Origin: a virus
Taxonomy: Duplodnaviria; Heunggongvirae; Uroviricota; Caudoviricetes
DNA: 29,035 bases
IMG/VR virus record: IMGVR_UViG_2671180727_000026
Direction: 5' to 3' (one strand)
The translations under genes were made by a program, and so were the position numbers. This document shows positions 12,924-21,971 of the stretch, piece after piece (positions within the stretch are counted from its first letter, which is position 1; each line of letters begins with the position of its first letter). The notes beneath the pieces were generated by a model that was not told where the DNA came from, did not search any database, and was given only the letters and a program-made list of their open reading frames with translations.

Positions 12924-13353
12924 TTAAGCTGTGTGACGAAGTAACCACTCTTAACAGCATAACCAATTTTTTACGTACGTAAACCACTAAATGATATTTG
13001 CGAGAATGCTACCGAGTATTGAAAACACCACTACAAATACATAAGCAAATCTTAACAAATAACCAACAAATAATTTCCAGCGTTATTTTTAGCCAATTTA
13101 AATTGAACCTTCAAATTATAGAGCACTTATAAATAACAGCCATTAATATAAATTGGCTAATAGATTTATTTTTATTCAGCCAAGAGCCATGAATAGGATT
13201 CGATAGAAAAAAGTTCAGATAAAAATAGAGATCTACTTCACAAATTAAACGAGAAACCAAAACTTACATCTTGAAATAATCACATTGATTAGATGAATAT
13301 TTATCGCGCAGTGACATCATTTTTTAATAATAGTTCAAAAAAAAGGGCTCACG

Positions 13354-14436
13354 ATGAAAAAATTAACAGTGGCAATTTCTGCTGTAGCTGCATCAGTACT
13401 GATGGCGATGTCTGCTCAGGCAGCTGAAATTTATAATAAAGACAGTAACAAGCTGGATCTGTACGGGAAAGTTAATGCTAAGCACTACTTCTCCTCTAAT
13501 GATGCAGATGATGGTGATACTACTTATGCCCGTCTTGGCTTCAAAGGTGAAACCCAAATCAACGATCAACTGACTGGTTTCGGTCAGTGGGAATATGAAT
13601 TCAAAGGCAACCGCGCTGAATCTCAAGGTTCCTCCAAAGATAAAACCCGTCTTGCCTTCGCTGGCCTGAAATTCGGTGACTACGGCTCCATCGATTATGG
13701 CCGTAACTACGGTGTAGCATACGATATTGGTGCATGGACCGACGTTCTGCCAGAATTCGGTGGCGATACCTGGACCCAAACAGATGTATTCATGACTGGT
13801 CGCACCACAGGTGTTGCAACTTATCGTAACAACGACTTCTTTGGTCTAGTTGATGGCCTGAACTTTGCAGCTCAGTATCAGGGCAAAAATGACCGAAATG
13901 AAGTAACTGAAGCTAATGGCGATGGTTTCGGTTTCTCAACTACTTATGAGTATGAAGGATTCGGCGTGGGTGCAACCTATGCTAAATCTGATCGCACTAA
14001 TAATCAGGTTATCTACGGTAACAACGGTCTGAATGCTTCTGGTCAAAATGCTGAAGTATGGGCAGCTGGTCTGAAATATGATGCGAACAACATCTATCTG
14101 GCCACCACCTATTCTGAAACCCAGAACATGACTGTTTTTGGTAATAACCATATTGCCAACAAAGCACAAAACTTCGAAGCTGTTGCACAATATCAGTTCG
14201 ACTTCGGCCTGCGTCCATCCGTTGCTTACCTGCATTCTAAAGGAAAAGACTTGGGTGTTTGGGGTGATCAGGACCTGGTTGAATATGTTGATGTAGGTGC
14301 AACCTATTACTTCAACAAAAATATGTCCACTTTTGTTGACTACAAAATCAACCTGATTGATAAGAGCGATTTCACGAAAGCATCTGGCGTTGCTACCGAT
14401 GATATCGTTGCTGTAGGTATGGTTTACCAGTTCTAA
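13354..14436 (+). CDS. nmpC: OmpC/OmpF/PhoE-family outer-membrane porin, prophage-encoded (NmpC/Lc-like)
   Basis: 360 aa; signal peptide [23 protein letters not shown]; [17 protein letters not shown]... and C-terminal ...VAVGMVYQF are the classic general-porin N and C termini; sits between Q and the lysis genes in opposite orientation, as in DLP12. Confidence 0.95.
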   Translation: MKKLTVAISAVAASVLMAMSAQAAEIYNKDSNKLDLYGKVNAKHYFSSNDADDGDTTYARLGFKGETQINDQLTGFGQWEYEFKGNRAESQGSSKDKTRLAFAGLKFGDYGSIDYGRNYGVAYDIGAWTDVLPEFGGDTWTQTDVFMTGRTTGVATYRNNDFFGLVDGLNFAAQYQGKNDRNEVTEANGDGFGFSTTYEYEGFGVGATYAKSDRTNNQVIYGNNGLNASGQNAEVWAAGLKYDANNIYLATTYSETQNMTVFGNNHIANKAQNFEAVAQYQFDFGLRPSVAYLHSKGKDLGVWGDQDLVEYVDVGATYYFNKNMSTFVDYKINLIDKSDFTKASGVATDDIVAVGMVYQF

Positions 14437-14572
14437 TTTGATTACTAAAAGATATGTTGTGGGAGGCTTTGCCTCCCCAACATATAAGTGGCTCCCTCAA
14501 GCCACTTCCTTTAGAAGCACAACCTTGCTTCTAACTATACAAACCTTCTGTTATATATTACCCTTTATTTTT

Positions 14573-14599
14573 GGGGGCGTTTCAACGCCCCATTTTTAA
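14573..14599 (+). terminator. rho-independent terminator downstream of the porin gene
   Basis: GGGGCG-tttcaa-CGCCCC followed by ATTTTTAAT in the convergent gap between the porin and Q. Confidence 0.5.
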
Positions 14600-14624
14600 T
14601 AACTTTTAGTAAATAATTGGCGTA

Positions 14625-15008
14625 TTAATTAGAGTTATTAACAACGATATCCATCTCTAACCGGATATCTAATGCCATTAACATCCCTTCAATTATGCCC
14701 TCAGCCTTTTGTAACCTTTTCCCGATATAACCATCAGAGCAGCAATGCTTACCTGCCAGTGACATGAATGTCATACCGACTACATAATAATCTACTAATA
14801 AATCGTGCAAATCGCTGTTGTTCTTTTTCAGACGGGCCATGCACCCGCAAATGATCATCGCGTCATCGTCACAACATTGCGGGCGAGATTTTACTTTTGA
14901 AGGAATTAATCCCTTAAAACCGGCGGCAATGGACGACCAGGTCACATCTTCATGATTATTAGCCGCCCACGCTCCCCAACGCTCAAGAACCATCTGAATA
15001 TCACGCAT
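14625..15008 (-). CDS. quuD: late-gene antiterminator Q (phage-82/QuuD-type)
   Basis: [75 protein letters not shown]... resembles DLP12 QuuD; cysteine-rich zinc-binding region; position between the nin region and lysis genes. Confidence 0.85.
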   Translation of the reverse strand: MRDIQMVLERWGAWAANNHEDVTWSSIAAGFKGLIPSKVKSRPQCCDDDAMIICGCMARLKKNNSDLHDLLVDYYVVGMTFMSLAGKHCCSDGYIGKRLQKAEGIIEGMLMALDIRLEMDIVVNNSN

Positions 15009-15093
15009 CAACTTACTCCACAAAAATCAGACCAGAACGCCAATTACAAGCAAAAATCAACAAAACAGTATTAGTTGATTGTTATCTCTGACT

Positions 15094-15216
15094 TCATACT
15101 CCTGCTCCTGTCAGGGTTTTGGCGTAATTCCTCAGTATTTGGTAATCGGTCAAAACAGAACCGGGGAAACGATATAAGCGCAGATGCCCCCAGCGGTGGC
15201 GAAGAAGTTCTGCCAT
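15094..15216 (-). CDS. small ORF (40 aa), possibly YlcG-like
   Basis: Hand-translated: MAELLRHRWGHLRLYRFPGSVLTDYQILRNYAKTLTGAGV in the gap between rusA and Q, where DLP12 carries ylcG. Below the ORF-track cutoff; identity not verified. Confidence 0.3.
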   Translation of the reverse strand: MAELLRHRWGHLRLYRFPGSVLTDYQILRNYAKTLTGAGV

Positions 15217-15230
15217 ATAAAACTCAAACA

Positions 15231-15593
15231 TCATTCATTCCCCATTTCGGTGATGGTCAGTTCCAGCCTCCCACCTTTGGTAACAGGCATCTTCACAACG
15301 CGGTAATCAACGACCTGAGCATCATCCAGCCAGAAACCTGCTTTAGTGAGTGCGTCAAAAGCGGCTTTTTGCAGATTATCCAGGTCACGGCGACGGCGAT
15401 CCGGCATGTGGCACTCAATGCGGATTTTCACAGGCATAGCCAGGCCGATATCCAGCATTGCGTTTTTAATGATTCGGGCGACGTTATCGCGGTATGCCTG
15501 CCCCTCTGCGCTGACGTGCGTGCGCCCGCGATTATGGCGGTAATAGCGATTATTGCTCGGAGGCCAGGGTAATGTGATGCTGTAGGTATTCAC
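15231..15593 (-). CDS. rusA: Holliday-junction resolvase RusA
   Basis: 120 aa [97 protein letters not shown]... matches E. coli RusA. Confidence 0.95.
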   Translation of the reverse strand: MNTYSITLPWPPSNNRYYRHNRGRTHVSAEGQAYRDNVARIIKNAMLDIGLAMPVKIRIECHMPDRRRRDLDNLQKAAFDALTKAGFWLDDAQVVDYRVVKMPVTKGGRLELTITEMGNE

Positions 15594-15880
15594 GCCTTAA
15601 TAACCCCCTCTTTCAGCCAGATAACCTGTGTTCTCGCCATACCTTCCAGCGCGCATTCTTTTGCATATCCAGCGTCAACAAAATGCGTGCGGCGGTCGAT
15701 TTCGTCGTGGCAGGCAGAACATGCAATGGTGGCAATCAGGTCTGGCGGTTTCGTACCGGTGCCGCACAATCCAGTCAGCCGGATATGTGCCAGTACAGAC
15801 GTTTCAGGGTTGCCATTACATACGCCAGGGATTCTTACCTGGCATTCCCGACCACGCGCTGCTTTTCTCAAATCAGCCAT
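15590..15880 (-). CDS. ybcO: YbcO-like nin-region protein (DUF1364, cysteine-rich)
   Basis: [64 protein letters not shown]... resembles DLP12 YbcO; overlaps rusA start by 4 nt. Confidence 0.8.
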   Translation of the reverse strand: MADLRKAARGRECQVRIPGVCNGNPETSVLAHIRLTGLCGTGTKPPDLIATIACSACHDEIDRRTHFVDAGYAKECALEGMARTQVIWLKEGVIKA

Positions 15881-16043
15881 GATTCCTCCTTGCTGCCAGT
15901 CGCAACCATTTTTTATCAACCAGGCTAGCGGTATATCCGAGCAGTGTTGGTATTTCGGATGGCTTCAGCTCAGGCTTACGCTTACGACGATTTGATACTC
16001 TGTAGATGTGTCCGTTCATGACACGAATAAGCGGTGTAGCCAT
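15873..16043 (-). CDS. ninE: NinE-family protein
   Basis: [56 protein letters not shown] resembles DLP12 NinE (56 aa). Confidence 0.8.
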   Translation of the reverse strand: MATPLIRVMNGHIYRVSNRRKRKPELKPSEIPTLLGYTASLVDKKWLRLAARRNHG

Positions 16044-16498
16044 TACGCCTCCTGCTTGTCGCGGAGCAGCTGGAACTCGCAGCTCTGCGGAATAGTCAGG
16101 TGGCAGCCAATATTCACCGCCCAAGCTTCAACCTTACACAGGAAGATATACATCTCTCCGGTATCAAGATCGGAGGTATGGCGTAACGACTGGATAGCGG
16201 TGATCTCACCGGTTACGACATCAACCAGGTCTTTGGTTTCATAACCGAGATATGTGTGTTTGAGAGCATCTTTTACCCAAGCTGGAGTGGCGAACGTTTT
16301 ACCACTGCTGATGAGGTATTCACTGATTTCGCTGTACCACATGTGGCTGAGTGCATTCTGGGAAAGACTGCGTTTCTCACGCCACGGTTTAAGCACCATG
16401 CGAAAGCATTTTCCGTCCTCCAGATAAGGCTGGATCTGCTGGCCGATAGCGGTGAAGTTGCCGCGATGTAGTTTGATGCCGTCTTGTGGGAGGTTCAC
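16043..16498 (-). CDS. ybcN: NinB/YbcN-family recombination (DNA-binding) protein
   Basis: 151 aa [62 protein letters not shown]... resembles DLP12 YbcN; first gene of the ybcN-ninE-ybcO-rusA block. Confidence 0.85.
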   Translation of the reverse strand: MNLPQDGIKLHRGNFTAIGQQIQPYLEDGKCFRMVLKPWREKRSLSQNALSHMWYSEISEYLISSGKTFATPAWVKDALKHTYLGYETKDLVDVVTGEITAIQSLRHTSDLDTGEMYIFLCKVEAWAVNIGCHLTIPQSCEFQLLRDKQEA

Positions 16499-16685
16499 GC
16501 TTCACCTCCGTAGAGGTAAAACGCAGAATACAAAAAATCGCAGGTGCATTTCTGCATCTGTGACGGGAGAAGTGAGTTTGGATTGTATGTGCGCATAAAC
16601 GTCCCCGTTTAGCGCAGAAGTCACCGGAGTTGTTCAGGCTCCGATGACATGATTATGGCGGGTTGATTATGGAAAATCAATCAAG

Positions 16686-17195
16686 CTATGTTTCATCGGC
16701 GAGGTCATCATCTGTGACAATCATGAGGTTAAAGAATGAAATAATGTTTAACCACTGCGAGTAAATATCGCTCGTCATGCTGGTTAGCTCCTCTCCGTGA
16801 AAGAAGGCATCAGGCCCAACCTCATAGTTGAGCTCTTCAAAAAGCTCCATGTTTAATTGGCTAATAAAGAATTGCTTCAGACCTTTCATTGCATCCTGAT
16901 TGTTGGTATCTGAGTAATTTATTATGCTCCCCATTGCCATGTTCAAACATCGAACAATATTGGCTGCGTCATGAAAGCTCCAGTCAGCCCCTTTCTTTCC
17001 TTTTGAGTATGAATTCGCTCTCTCAGCGCAAGCTTTTAATGTCTCGTACAAATACTGCTTTCCTTGCAACTGCAAAGCTTTTTCGGATGTGGCCCTGCTA
17101 GCTTCTGAGGATCGCCATGCTAAATAAGTTGCTACCGCAGATGCGATAGCTGCAATCGCAGAAACTGCATCTATACCGTTATCCCAACCAGACAT
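16686..17195 (-). CDS. hypothetical membrane-anchored protein (169 aa), nin-region moron
   Basis: ATG preceded by GAGGGGG; N-terminal hydrophobic helix (AVSAIAAIASAVATYLAW); acidic C-terminus; AT-rich relative to neighbours; own putative -10 and a terminator hairpin immediately upstream. No family recognised. Confidence 0.6.
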   Translation of the reverse strand: MSGWDNGIDAVSAIAAIASAVATYLAWRSSEASRATSEKALQLQGKQYLYETLKACAERANSYSKGKKGADWSFHDAANIVRCLNMAMGSIINYSDTNNQDAMKGLKQFFISQLNMELFEELNYEVGPDAFFHGEELTSMTSDIYSQWLNIISFFNLMIVTDDDLADET

Positions 17196-17198
17196 AAA

Positions 17199-17225
17199 AA
17201 CCCCCTCGATTATTTGAGGGGATTA
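17199..17225 (-). terminator. terminator-like hairpin between the 73-aa gene and the 169-aa moron gene
   Basis: Minus strand reads CCCCTC-aaataatc-GAGGGG followed by GTTTTTATG; preceded by TATAAT; the stem overlaps the likely SD of the downstream gene. Confidence 0.45.
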
Positions 17226-17244
17226 TACCTTCAAAGTTTCCGCG

Positions 17245-17466
17245 CTACCCATTCATAACTAAAGCTTTTGCTTTCCAATGAGAAAGCGCGCTATGTTCGC
17301 TAGAACCTGTTTCGACTATATGGCGCCCCCAGGAATCTCCCCATGCCCTCCACGTTGACTTGCCGGTTTGGACTACTGTGACAACATACTCTTTGCCGTC
17401 GATGTTAACTTCATGCTGCACTGGTGATTGTGATTTCATTTTCAAACCTCTGCTTATCGTTGACAT
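17245..17466 (-). CDS. hypothetical small protein (73 aa)
   Basis: ORF in nin-region gene chain, followed by a terminator hairpin; no family recognised. Confidence 0.5.
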   Translation of the reverse strand: MSTISRGLKMKSQSPVQHEVNIDGKEYVVTVVQTGKSTWRAWGDSWGRHIVETGSSEHSALSHWKAKALVMNG

Positions 17467-17490
17467 CGCAATTATGCTGTCACGACATAA

Positions 17491-18297
17491 TCACTTCGCC
17501 TCCTGCTGCGGTGCTGCTGCGATCATGGCCTTCCATTGGTGGTCTGGGCTCCATAATCTACCGCCATCTTCACACTCTTCCTGCGCCTGATGGTACGCCT
17601 CACGCATTTCTGGAGTTGGCTCCTTAGGAACCAGCACCCAACCATCCGGAATCACCGGAGAGTTGCTGACGGGCGACTCGGAAATTTTTGGCGAAGAATC
17701 TAGGGCTGGCGCGGTCTGCATGGTGGTGGGCGACTCGGCTTTTTCGGCACCCTGAAGCATGGCGTCGCGGCATCCGTCATACGCTTCTTTCATAGCATCA
17801 CGCACCCATCCGACAGGTTTCTGCTCAGTCAACTCACACCATTTCTCGAATGTGGGCACAGATACCGGAACTGGCGGTGCTGCATAAAGCGCCTGACAAC
17901 TCCAGCCAGACCAGTGAGCACCCTCCGCTCTCTCATCATCTTCAGGGCGAACAAGCGTGACTTCGCTCGGGTGTTTCCTGTGTGACCACAGCCAGGCTAC
18001 GGTTTCGGCATTGGCTGGCTCTGGCGGGGCGGAGTAAAAATACTCATCCTCAATCCCATCAACGGGCTTTGAGAAGCCGATAAAATCACCATAATGCCAA
18101 GGATAGGGGCCGTATGGCTCAGAGGTCACACGACGCCACCGGTGAATGGCAGGCTCCGCTTCGAGCGATGCCAGCGCGATACGCAGTGCCGCCAGCGTGT
18201 TGCTGTCGCCTTCGTCCAGACCGAACGGGATTTCATCTCTGGCTGCTTCCATGTCGGCAATTTTCTGCTGCAGCCATTGTTTGGTAATAGTGCTCAT
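17491..18297 (-). CDS. hypothetical phage protein (268 aa), Trp-rich and acidic
   Basis: Long ORF with ATGA overlap to the upstream gene; internally repetitive W/EAY-containing segments; no catalytic motif recognised. Confidence 0.65.
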   Translation of the reverse strand: MSTITKQWLQQKIADMEAARDEIPFGLDEGDSNTLAALRIALASLEAEPAIHRWRRVTSEPYGPYPWHYGDFIGFSKPVDGIEDEYFYSAPPEPANAETVAWLWSHRKHPSEVTLVRPEDDERAEGAHWSGWSCQALYAAPPVPVSVPTFEKWCELTEQKPVGWVRDAMKEAYDGCRDAMLQGAEKAESPTTMQTAPALDSSPKISESPVSNSPVIPDGWVLVPKEPTPEMREAYHQAQEECEDGGRLWSPDHQWKAMIAAAPQQEAK

Positions 18298-18707
18298 GAT
18301 GCCTCTCCTTTACCGGATGCGGCGGCGATCAGCTTCTGCGCCTGCTGAATGTCAGGATTGCCTGCAATCATCACTTCTGGCGCGTCACAGTCACCGCCAA
18401 GGTCAAGAATGCGCTCATGTCCGGTACGCAGGCAGGATTTGTATCCTGAAACCGTCTGCTTGAGCGATTCGGTCAGCACAGCAATCCTCTGGTCTTTGGC
18501 TTCCAGCTCATCCAGCAGCGCCAGCACTGTGGCTGGGTTGGCTGCGGAGTTCAGCGCGTTCAAGGCAGTGATATCTGCATCAAGCTGAGTTCCTTCTGCC
18601 AGTGAGATATCGAAAATGTCATCAGGCGGCATAACACTAAGGCGCTCATGCGCACCAACTGCTGCCTCAGCGATTTCACGTAATGCGCGTTTGTCGATGT
18701 TGCTCAT
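18294..18707 (-). CDS. hypothetical protein (137 aa), possibly Ead/Ea22-like
   Basis: Begins MSNIDKRALREIAEAAVGA...; coiled-coil-like ALLDELEAKDQRIAVLTESLKQ segment; ATGA-type overlaps with neighbours. Family assignment is tentative. Confidence 0.55.
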   Translation of the reverse strand: MSNIDKRALREIAEAAVGAHERLSVMPPDDIFDISLAEGTQLDADITALNALNSAANPATVLALLDELEAKDQRIAVLTESLKQTVSGYKSCLRTGHERILDLGGDCDAPEVMIAGNPDIQQAQKLIAAASGKGEAS

Positions 18708-18934
18708 TCTTCATCCTCCAACTCAGATACGGCGTCCATTACATCTGAGCCGCGAATGGTTTCGAATGCCACGCAAGCCATTTCAAAGCACAGGCGCTCA
18801 TGCGGGTGCGGAGATTGCCAATACTTGAAGCCAGGACGATGCGAATAGCCCTGCATCGCATAAAACTCTCCGGCCAATTCAATGGCGGCATCCACCAGTT
18901 CACGGTTTGTCATTGGTTTGTCGATGTTGCTCAT
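18704..18934 (-). CDS. hypothetical small protein (76 aa)
   Basis: Begins MSNIDKPMTNRELVDAAIELAGEFYAMQGY...; shares its first six residues with the downstream gene; coupled overlaps. Confidence 0.5.
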   Translation of the reverse strand: MSNIDKPMTNRELVDAAIELAGEFYAMQGYSHRPGFKYWQSPHPHERLCFEMACVAFETIRGSDVMDAVSELEDEE

Positions 18935-19131
18935 TGGGCGGCCTCCTGGATTAACTTTTCGAGAATGGCATCAAGGGCTTTCCGTTTTCCGATATACCCG
19001 CCACCAACCCACTCTCCACGAAGCAAGGCGTAATATTTCCCGTCGTCTTCGTGATACGGTCCTCGGATAGACCAGTCGGTTGTGATGGCGTCGATAGCCT
19101 TTTTAGTTTCTGCGAAATCCATCATGCTCAT
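18931..19131 (-). CDS. hypothetical small protein (about 66 aa from MSMMDFAETKK)
   Basis: ORF 18931..19188 in the track; the internal ATG at 19129-19131 gives an ATGA-type overlap with the ren stop. No family recognised. Confidence 0.45.
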   Translation of the reverse strand: MSMMDFAETKKAIDAITTDWSIRGPYHEDDGKYYALLRGEWVGGGYIGKRKALDAILEKLIQEAAQ

Positions 19132-19421
19132 ACCCCTACCCTCCCCCAAACCATCAACACCCGCTTCATCGCGGCACTCTGGCGACACTCCTTAAAAATC
19201 AGGTTAGTGCTCACCTTTCCTTCCCGTTCTTCCCTGGTAGCGAATCTGTAATACACCGTTCGCCAGACCTTACCATCAATGACCAAGATTCCTGCCCGCG
19301 CCATTTTAGCCGCAGCCTGATTTATGCTGGTTACTGTTGCGCCTGTTGCCGCAGCTACATCCGGCGCGCAGAAAGTCCGGTGCGTTTTCAGGTAGTGAAG
19401 AATTGCCTCTTTGCCTGTCAT
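19128..19421 (-). CDS. ren: Ren protein (Rex-exclusion resistance)
   Basis: 97 aa MTGKEAILHYLKTHRTFCAPDVAAATGATVTSINQAAAKMARAGILVIDGKVWRTVYYRFATREEREGK... resembles lambda Ren; directly follows P with a 4-nt overlap. Confidence 0.85.
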   Translation of the reverse strand: MTGKEAILHYLKTHRTFCAPDVAAATGATVTSINQAAAKMARAGILVIDGKVWRTVYYRFATREEREGKVSTNLIFKECRQSAAMKRVLMVWGRVGV

Positions 19422-20119
19422 ACACTGGCTCCTTTCAGTCCGAACTTAGCTTTGATTTCTGCGATCTTCGCCAGAGCCTGAGCCCGGTTAAGTGGTCTAC
19501 CGCCCATGACAGGAAGTTGTTTTACTGGTTCAGGTATAGCCTCACCACGGTTAATTCGTGCGGTCATACAGGACAGTTCATCGGCAGCCTTGCGCCGTAA
19601 TTCCGCGTCAGTCAACGCATTGGCCCGCATGTTCTGATACAGGTTGGTAACCAGCCAGTAGTGCGCGTTTGATTTCCACGGATAAGACTCCGCATCCGGA
19701 TACAGGCCTCGCTTCCGGCAATACTCGTAAACCATATCAACCAGCTCGCTGACGTTTGGCAGTCCGGCGATAACGGATGCTTCTTCCCGGCACCATGCAA
19801 CAAACTGCCCGGGTGATGGCAGGAATGGTCGATTCTGCCGACGGGCTACGCGCATTCCTGCGTTAACCTGTTCCATTGTGGTGATCCCGTTTTCCCGGAA
19901 AGCCAGAACCCACTGGCGGCGGATTTCGTTCAGTTCGTTCTGATCCCGGTTAGCCAGGCTCGCAGGGAAAGTTGCCAGTAACTGGCTGAACACACCGTTG
20001 ATGATCTGCGCTACCTGCTGTACCTGCGGCTTTTCGTCGTACTGTTCCAGCATATTGTTGGCGATCCGGCGCATCTGCTCACGGTCAAAGTTAACCATCT
20101 GTGCGGCGATGTTTTTCAT
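19418..20119 (-). CDS. P: replication protein P (DnaB helicase loader)
   Basis: 233 aa MKNIAAQMVNFDREQMRRIANNMLEQYDEKPQVQQVAQIINGVFSQLLATFPASLANRDQNE... matches lambda P nearly residue for residue. Confidence 0.95.
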   Translation of the reverse strand: MKNIAAQMVNFDREQMRRIANNMLEQYDEKPQVQQVAQIINGVFSQLLATFPASLANRDQNELNEIRRQWVLAFRENGITTMEQVNAGMRVARRQNRPFLPSPGQFVAWCREEASVIAGLPNVSELVDMVYEYCRKRGLYPDAESYPWKSNAHYWLVTNLYQNMRANALTDAELRRKAADELSCMTARINRGEAIPEPVKQLPVMGGRPLNRAQALAKIAEIKAKFGLKGASV

Positions 20120-21045
20120 AAATCCACCCCGTAAATCCAGTCAGTGTTCGTCAGGTCGAGTTTTGGTTTGCCGGCTGTCACGCCAGCCTGTTGCTTGTTT
20201 CGGTTGATTTCGAGCTGGGTCCACTTGTCGCGGAGTTTGGCCGGACTCAGCACGTTACCGGACCAGAAGTTGTCCTGGCATGCCCAGCGGAACAGTACAC
20301 ACATATCGCGGTGGTTACGCCCGTCACGCTCACGCATCAGGCGGATATCGTTAGCCCACCCTGCAAAATTCGGTTTTCTGGCTGATGGCGCGATGGTCTT
20401 CACCATGTCAAACATCCACTCTGCGGCGGTCAGGTCTTCTGCTGTCCCCCACTTGCTGCCGCTCTGAATCGCAGCATCCGGTTTCACCACAGGAAGGTCG
20501 TTTTCTGGCTGGTCAGAGTATTCGCCAGAATTCTCGGACGAATAAGGTTTTATATTGTCTTTTGTTAGTTTGTCTTTTGTGTTTACCTGATTCGGGTAAG
20601 TGCCTTTACCTGATTTGGGTAAACTTTTCTTACCTGATTCAGGTAAATTTACCTCTTTCAGGTAAACTTTATTTTTCTTACCTGATTCGGGTAATGTTGA
20701 CCATTCACTGACCACATTATTAATGCCGATATTCCGCCCGCTCTGAATAAAAATCCCACGCTTTACCAGAACACTTTTTGCAGCAGAACACTTGTGCGGC
20801 AATATCCCGGTCAACTCGGAAAGTTGCTCGTTGCTCACCCAATCCAGTTTTTTATTAAAGCCATATGTTTTGCGCATGACAGCCAGGAAGACCAGAAGCT
20901 GGTGCTGTGTTAATCCGGCCAGCATCACAGCTTCCAGCAACTCATTTGCAATGCGCGTATAACCATCATCGAGATCTGCCACGCGCGGCTCCTTTTGTGC
21001 CGCATCCGGCACTGGAAAATTGAATATCTCAGCAGTGTTTGCCAT
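20116..21045 (-). CDS. O: replication initiator O (divergent N-terminal iteron-binding domain, lambda-like C-terminal P-interaction domain)
   Basis: From MANTAEIFNFPVPD...VADLDDGYTRIANELLEA; the C-terminal half (KPYSSENSGEYSDQPENDLPVVKPDAAIQSGSKWGTAEDLTAAEWMFDMVKTIAPSARK...IYGVDL) matches lambda O; the N-terminal half is similar but diverged. Contains the iteron array. Confidence 0.9.
   Translation of the reverse strand: MANTAEIFNFPVPDAAQKEPRVADLDDGYTRIANELLEAVMLAGLTQHQLLVFLAVMRKTYGFNKKLDWVSNEQLSELTGILPHKCSAAKSVLVKRGIFIQSGRNIGINNVVSEWSTLPESGKKNKVYLKEVNLPESGKKSLPKSGKGTYPNQVNTKDKLTKDNIKPYSSENSGEYSDQPENDLPVVKPDAAIQSGSKWGTAEDLTAAEWMFDMVKTIAPSARKPNFAGWANDIRLMRERDGRNHRDMCVLFRWACQDNFWSGNVLSPAKLRDKWTQLEINRNKQQAGVTAGKPKLDLTNTDWIYGVDL
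20583..20694. repeat. replication origin iterons: five copies of a 17-bp inverted-repeat unit (TTACCTGATTCGGGTAA and variants) with an adjacent AT-rich tract at about 20535-20582
   Basis: Repeats at 20583-20599, 20606-20622, 20630-20646, 20649-20665 and 20678-20694 inside the O coding sequence, in the position and spacing expected for a lambdoid ori. Confidence 0.75.
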
Positions 21046-21131
21046 AATTCCTCCCGCAATGAGTGTGTTACGATTTGCACCTGAAAGTCGGTTCTGTTCC
21101 CGCAGACCGACTTTCGCCATTTCTGAACCTG

Positions 21132-21671
21132 TCATATTGCCCCCAGCATGGTGGTCACCATCGCCATTAATGGACCAGCCAGATCCGGGTCCACACGAAA
21201 CATCGACACAATACCTTCACTCATTTCCTTCAGTTTCTGGTGGCGTGGTGCGTTGAGAATGACAGCCTGTTTTGCCTCACTGAGTTCCTTTTCCATTTCA
21301 GCCAACCGAGTCATGAAGCTATCCTGCTCAACCAGGTAACCGCGATATTCCAGCGGTAGTACCGCCAGAATTGCCGGGGTCAGTTCACGCACGTTATTTC
21401 GGTATTTTTCAGAATCGAATTTGTTATCGAGGAAGCGGAACAGCTTCTGGCGTGCACGGCTGACATCATCAGGGAAATCGATGGTGCCGTCGCCCTGCTC
21501 CCGATACTCATTCACAATGAGTGCGGCAACGACATCCTGATTATCTACAGCCGACCAGGCGCGGACGGCATCACGGATTTTTTCGTGGCCTGGAGCTTGT
21601 TTTGTTTGAGAACGATTTATCACCGCAGTCGGAATAAATCCGCTAGTCTGTTGGTATGTAAGTGGTTGCAT
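21132..21671 (-). CDS. hypothetical regulatory protein in the cII position (179 aa), possibly YdaT-like
   Basis: Occupies the slot between cro and O but is about twice the size of lambda CII; stop abuts the O region. YdaT-family assignment is a guess from context (downstream of a YdaS/Cro-like gene). Confidence 0.55.
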   Translation of the reverse strand: MQPLTYQQTSGFIPTAVINRSQTKQAPGHEKIRDAVRAWSAVDNQDVVAALIVNEYREQGDGTIDFPDDVSRARQKLFRFLDNKFDSEKYRNNVRELTPAILAVLPLEYRGYLVEQDSFMTRLAEMEKELSEAKQAVILNAPRHQKLKEMSEGIVSMFRVDPDLAGPLMAMVTTMLGAI

Positions 21672-21740
21672 AATTGACTCCTTTAGTTTGAATTGACTGT
21701 TAAGTTGATTGCTTATTGTTAAAGAGCGTGAAATGGAAAT

Positions 21741-21971
21741 TTAAGCTGCGTTCTTTTCGGTGTGTGGAAACAACTTCGGAAGATCCGGGCGAATCTGGTA
21801 TGCCTTCACAACTCCACCAGTAGCCGTAACAATGCTGCCGACATGTTCAGGGGATACCTTTGCTTTGTTGTGAAGCCACTTATAGACGGCCTGCTGTGAA
21901 ACTTCGCAGGCATCGCCTAGTTTCTTTTGTGAACCAACGATATTGATCGCTGTTTTGATTGCTGGGTTCAT
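21741..21971 (-). CDS. cro: Cro-like HTH repressor (YdaS/Cro family)
   Basis: 76 aa; ...QKKLGDACEVSQQAVYKWLHNKAKVSPEHVGSIVTATGGVVKAYQIRPDL fits the Cro/YdaS HTH pattern; divergent from cI across the operator region. Confidence 0.75.
   Translation of the reverse strand: MNPAIKTAINIVGSQKKLGDACEVSQQAVYKWLHNKAKVSPEHVGSIVTATGGVVKAYQIRPDLPKLFPHTEKNAA

Noticed and set aside
14467-14483. Hairpin GGGAGGC-ttt-GCCTCCC as a terminator
   Set aside because: No U-tract on either strand; the second hairpin at 14573-14599 is the better terminator candidate.
20583-20694. Possible CRISPR-like repeat array
   Set aside because: The repeats are 17-bp palindromic units with irregular short spacing lying inside the O gene; this is a replication-origin iteron array, not a CRISPR.
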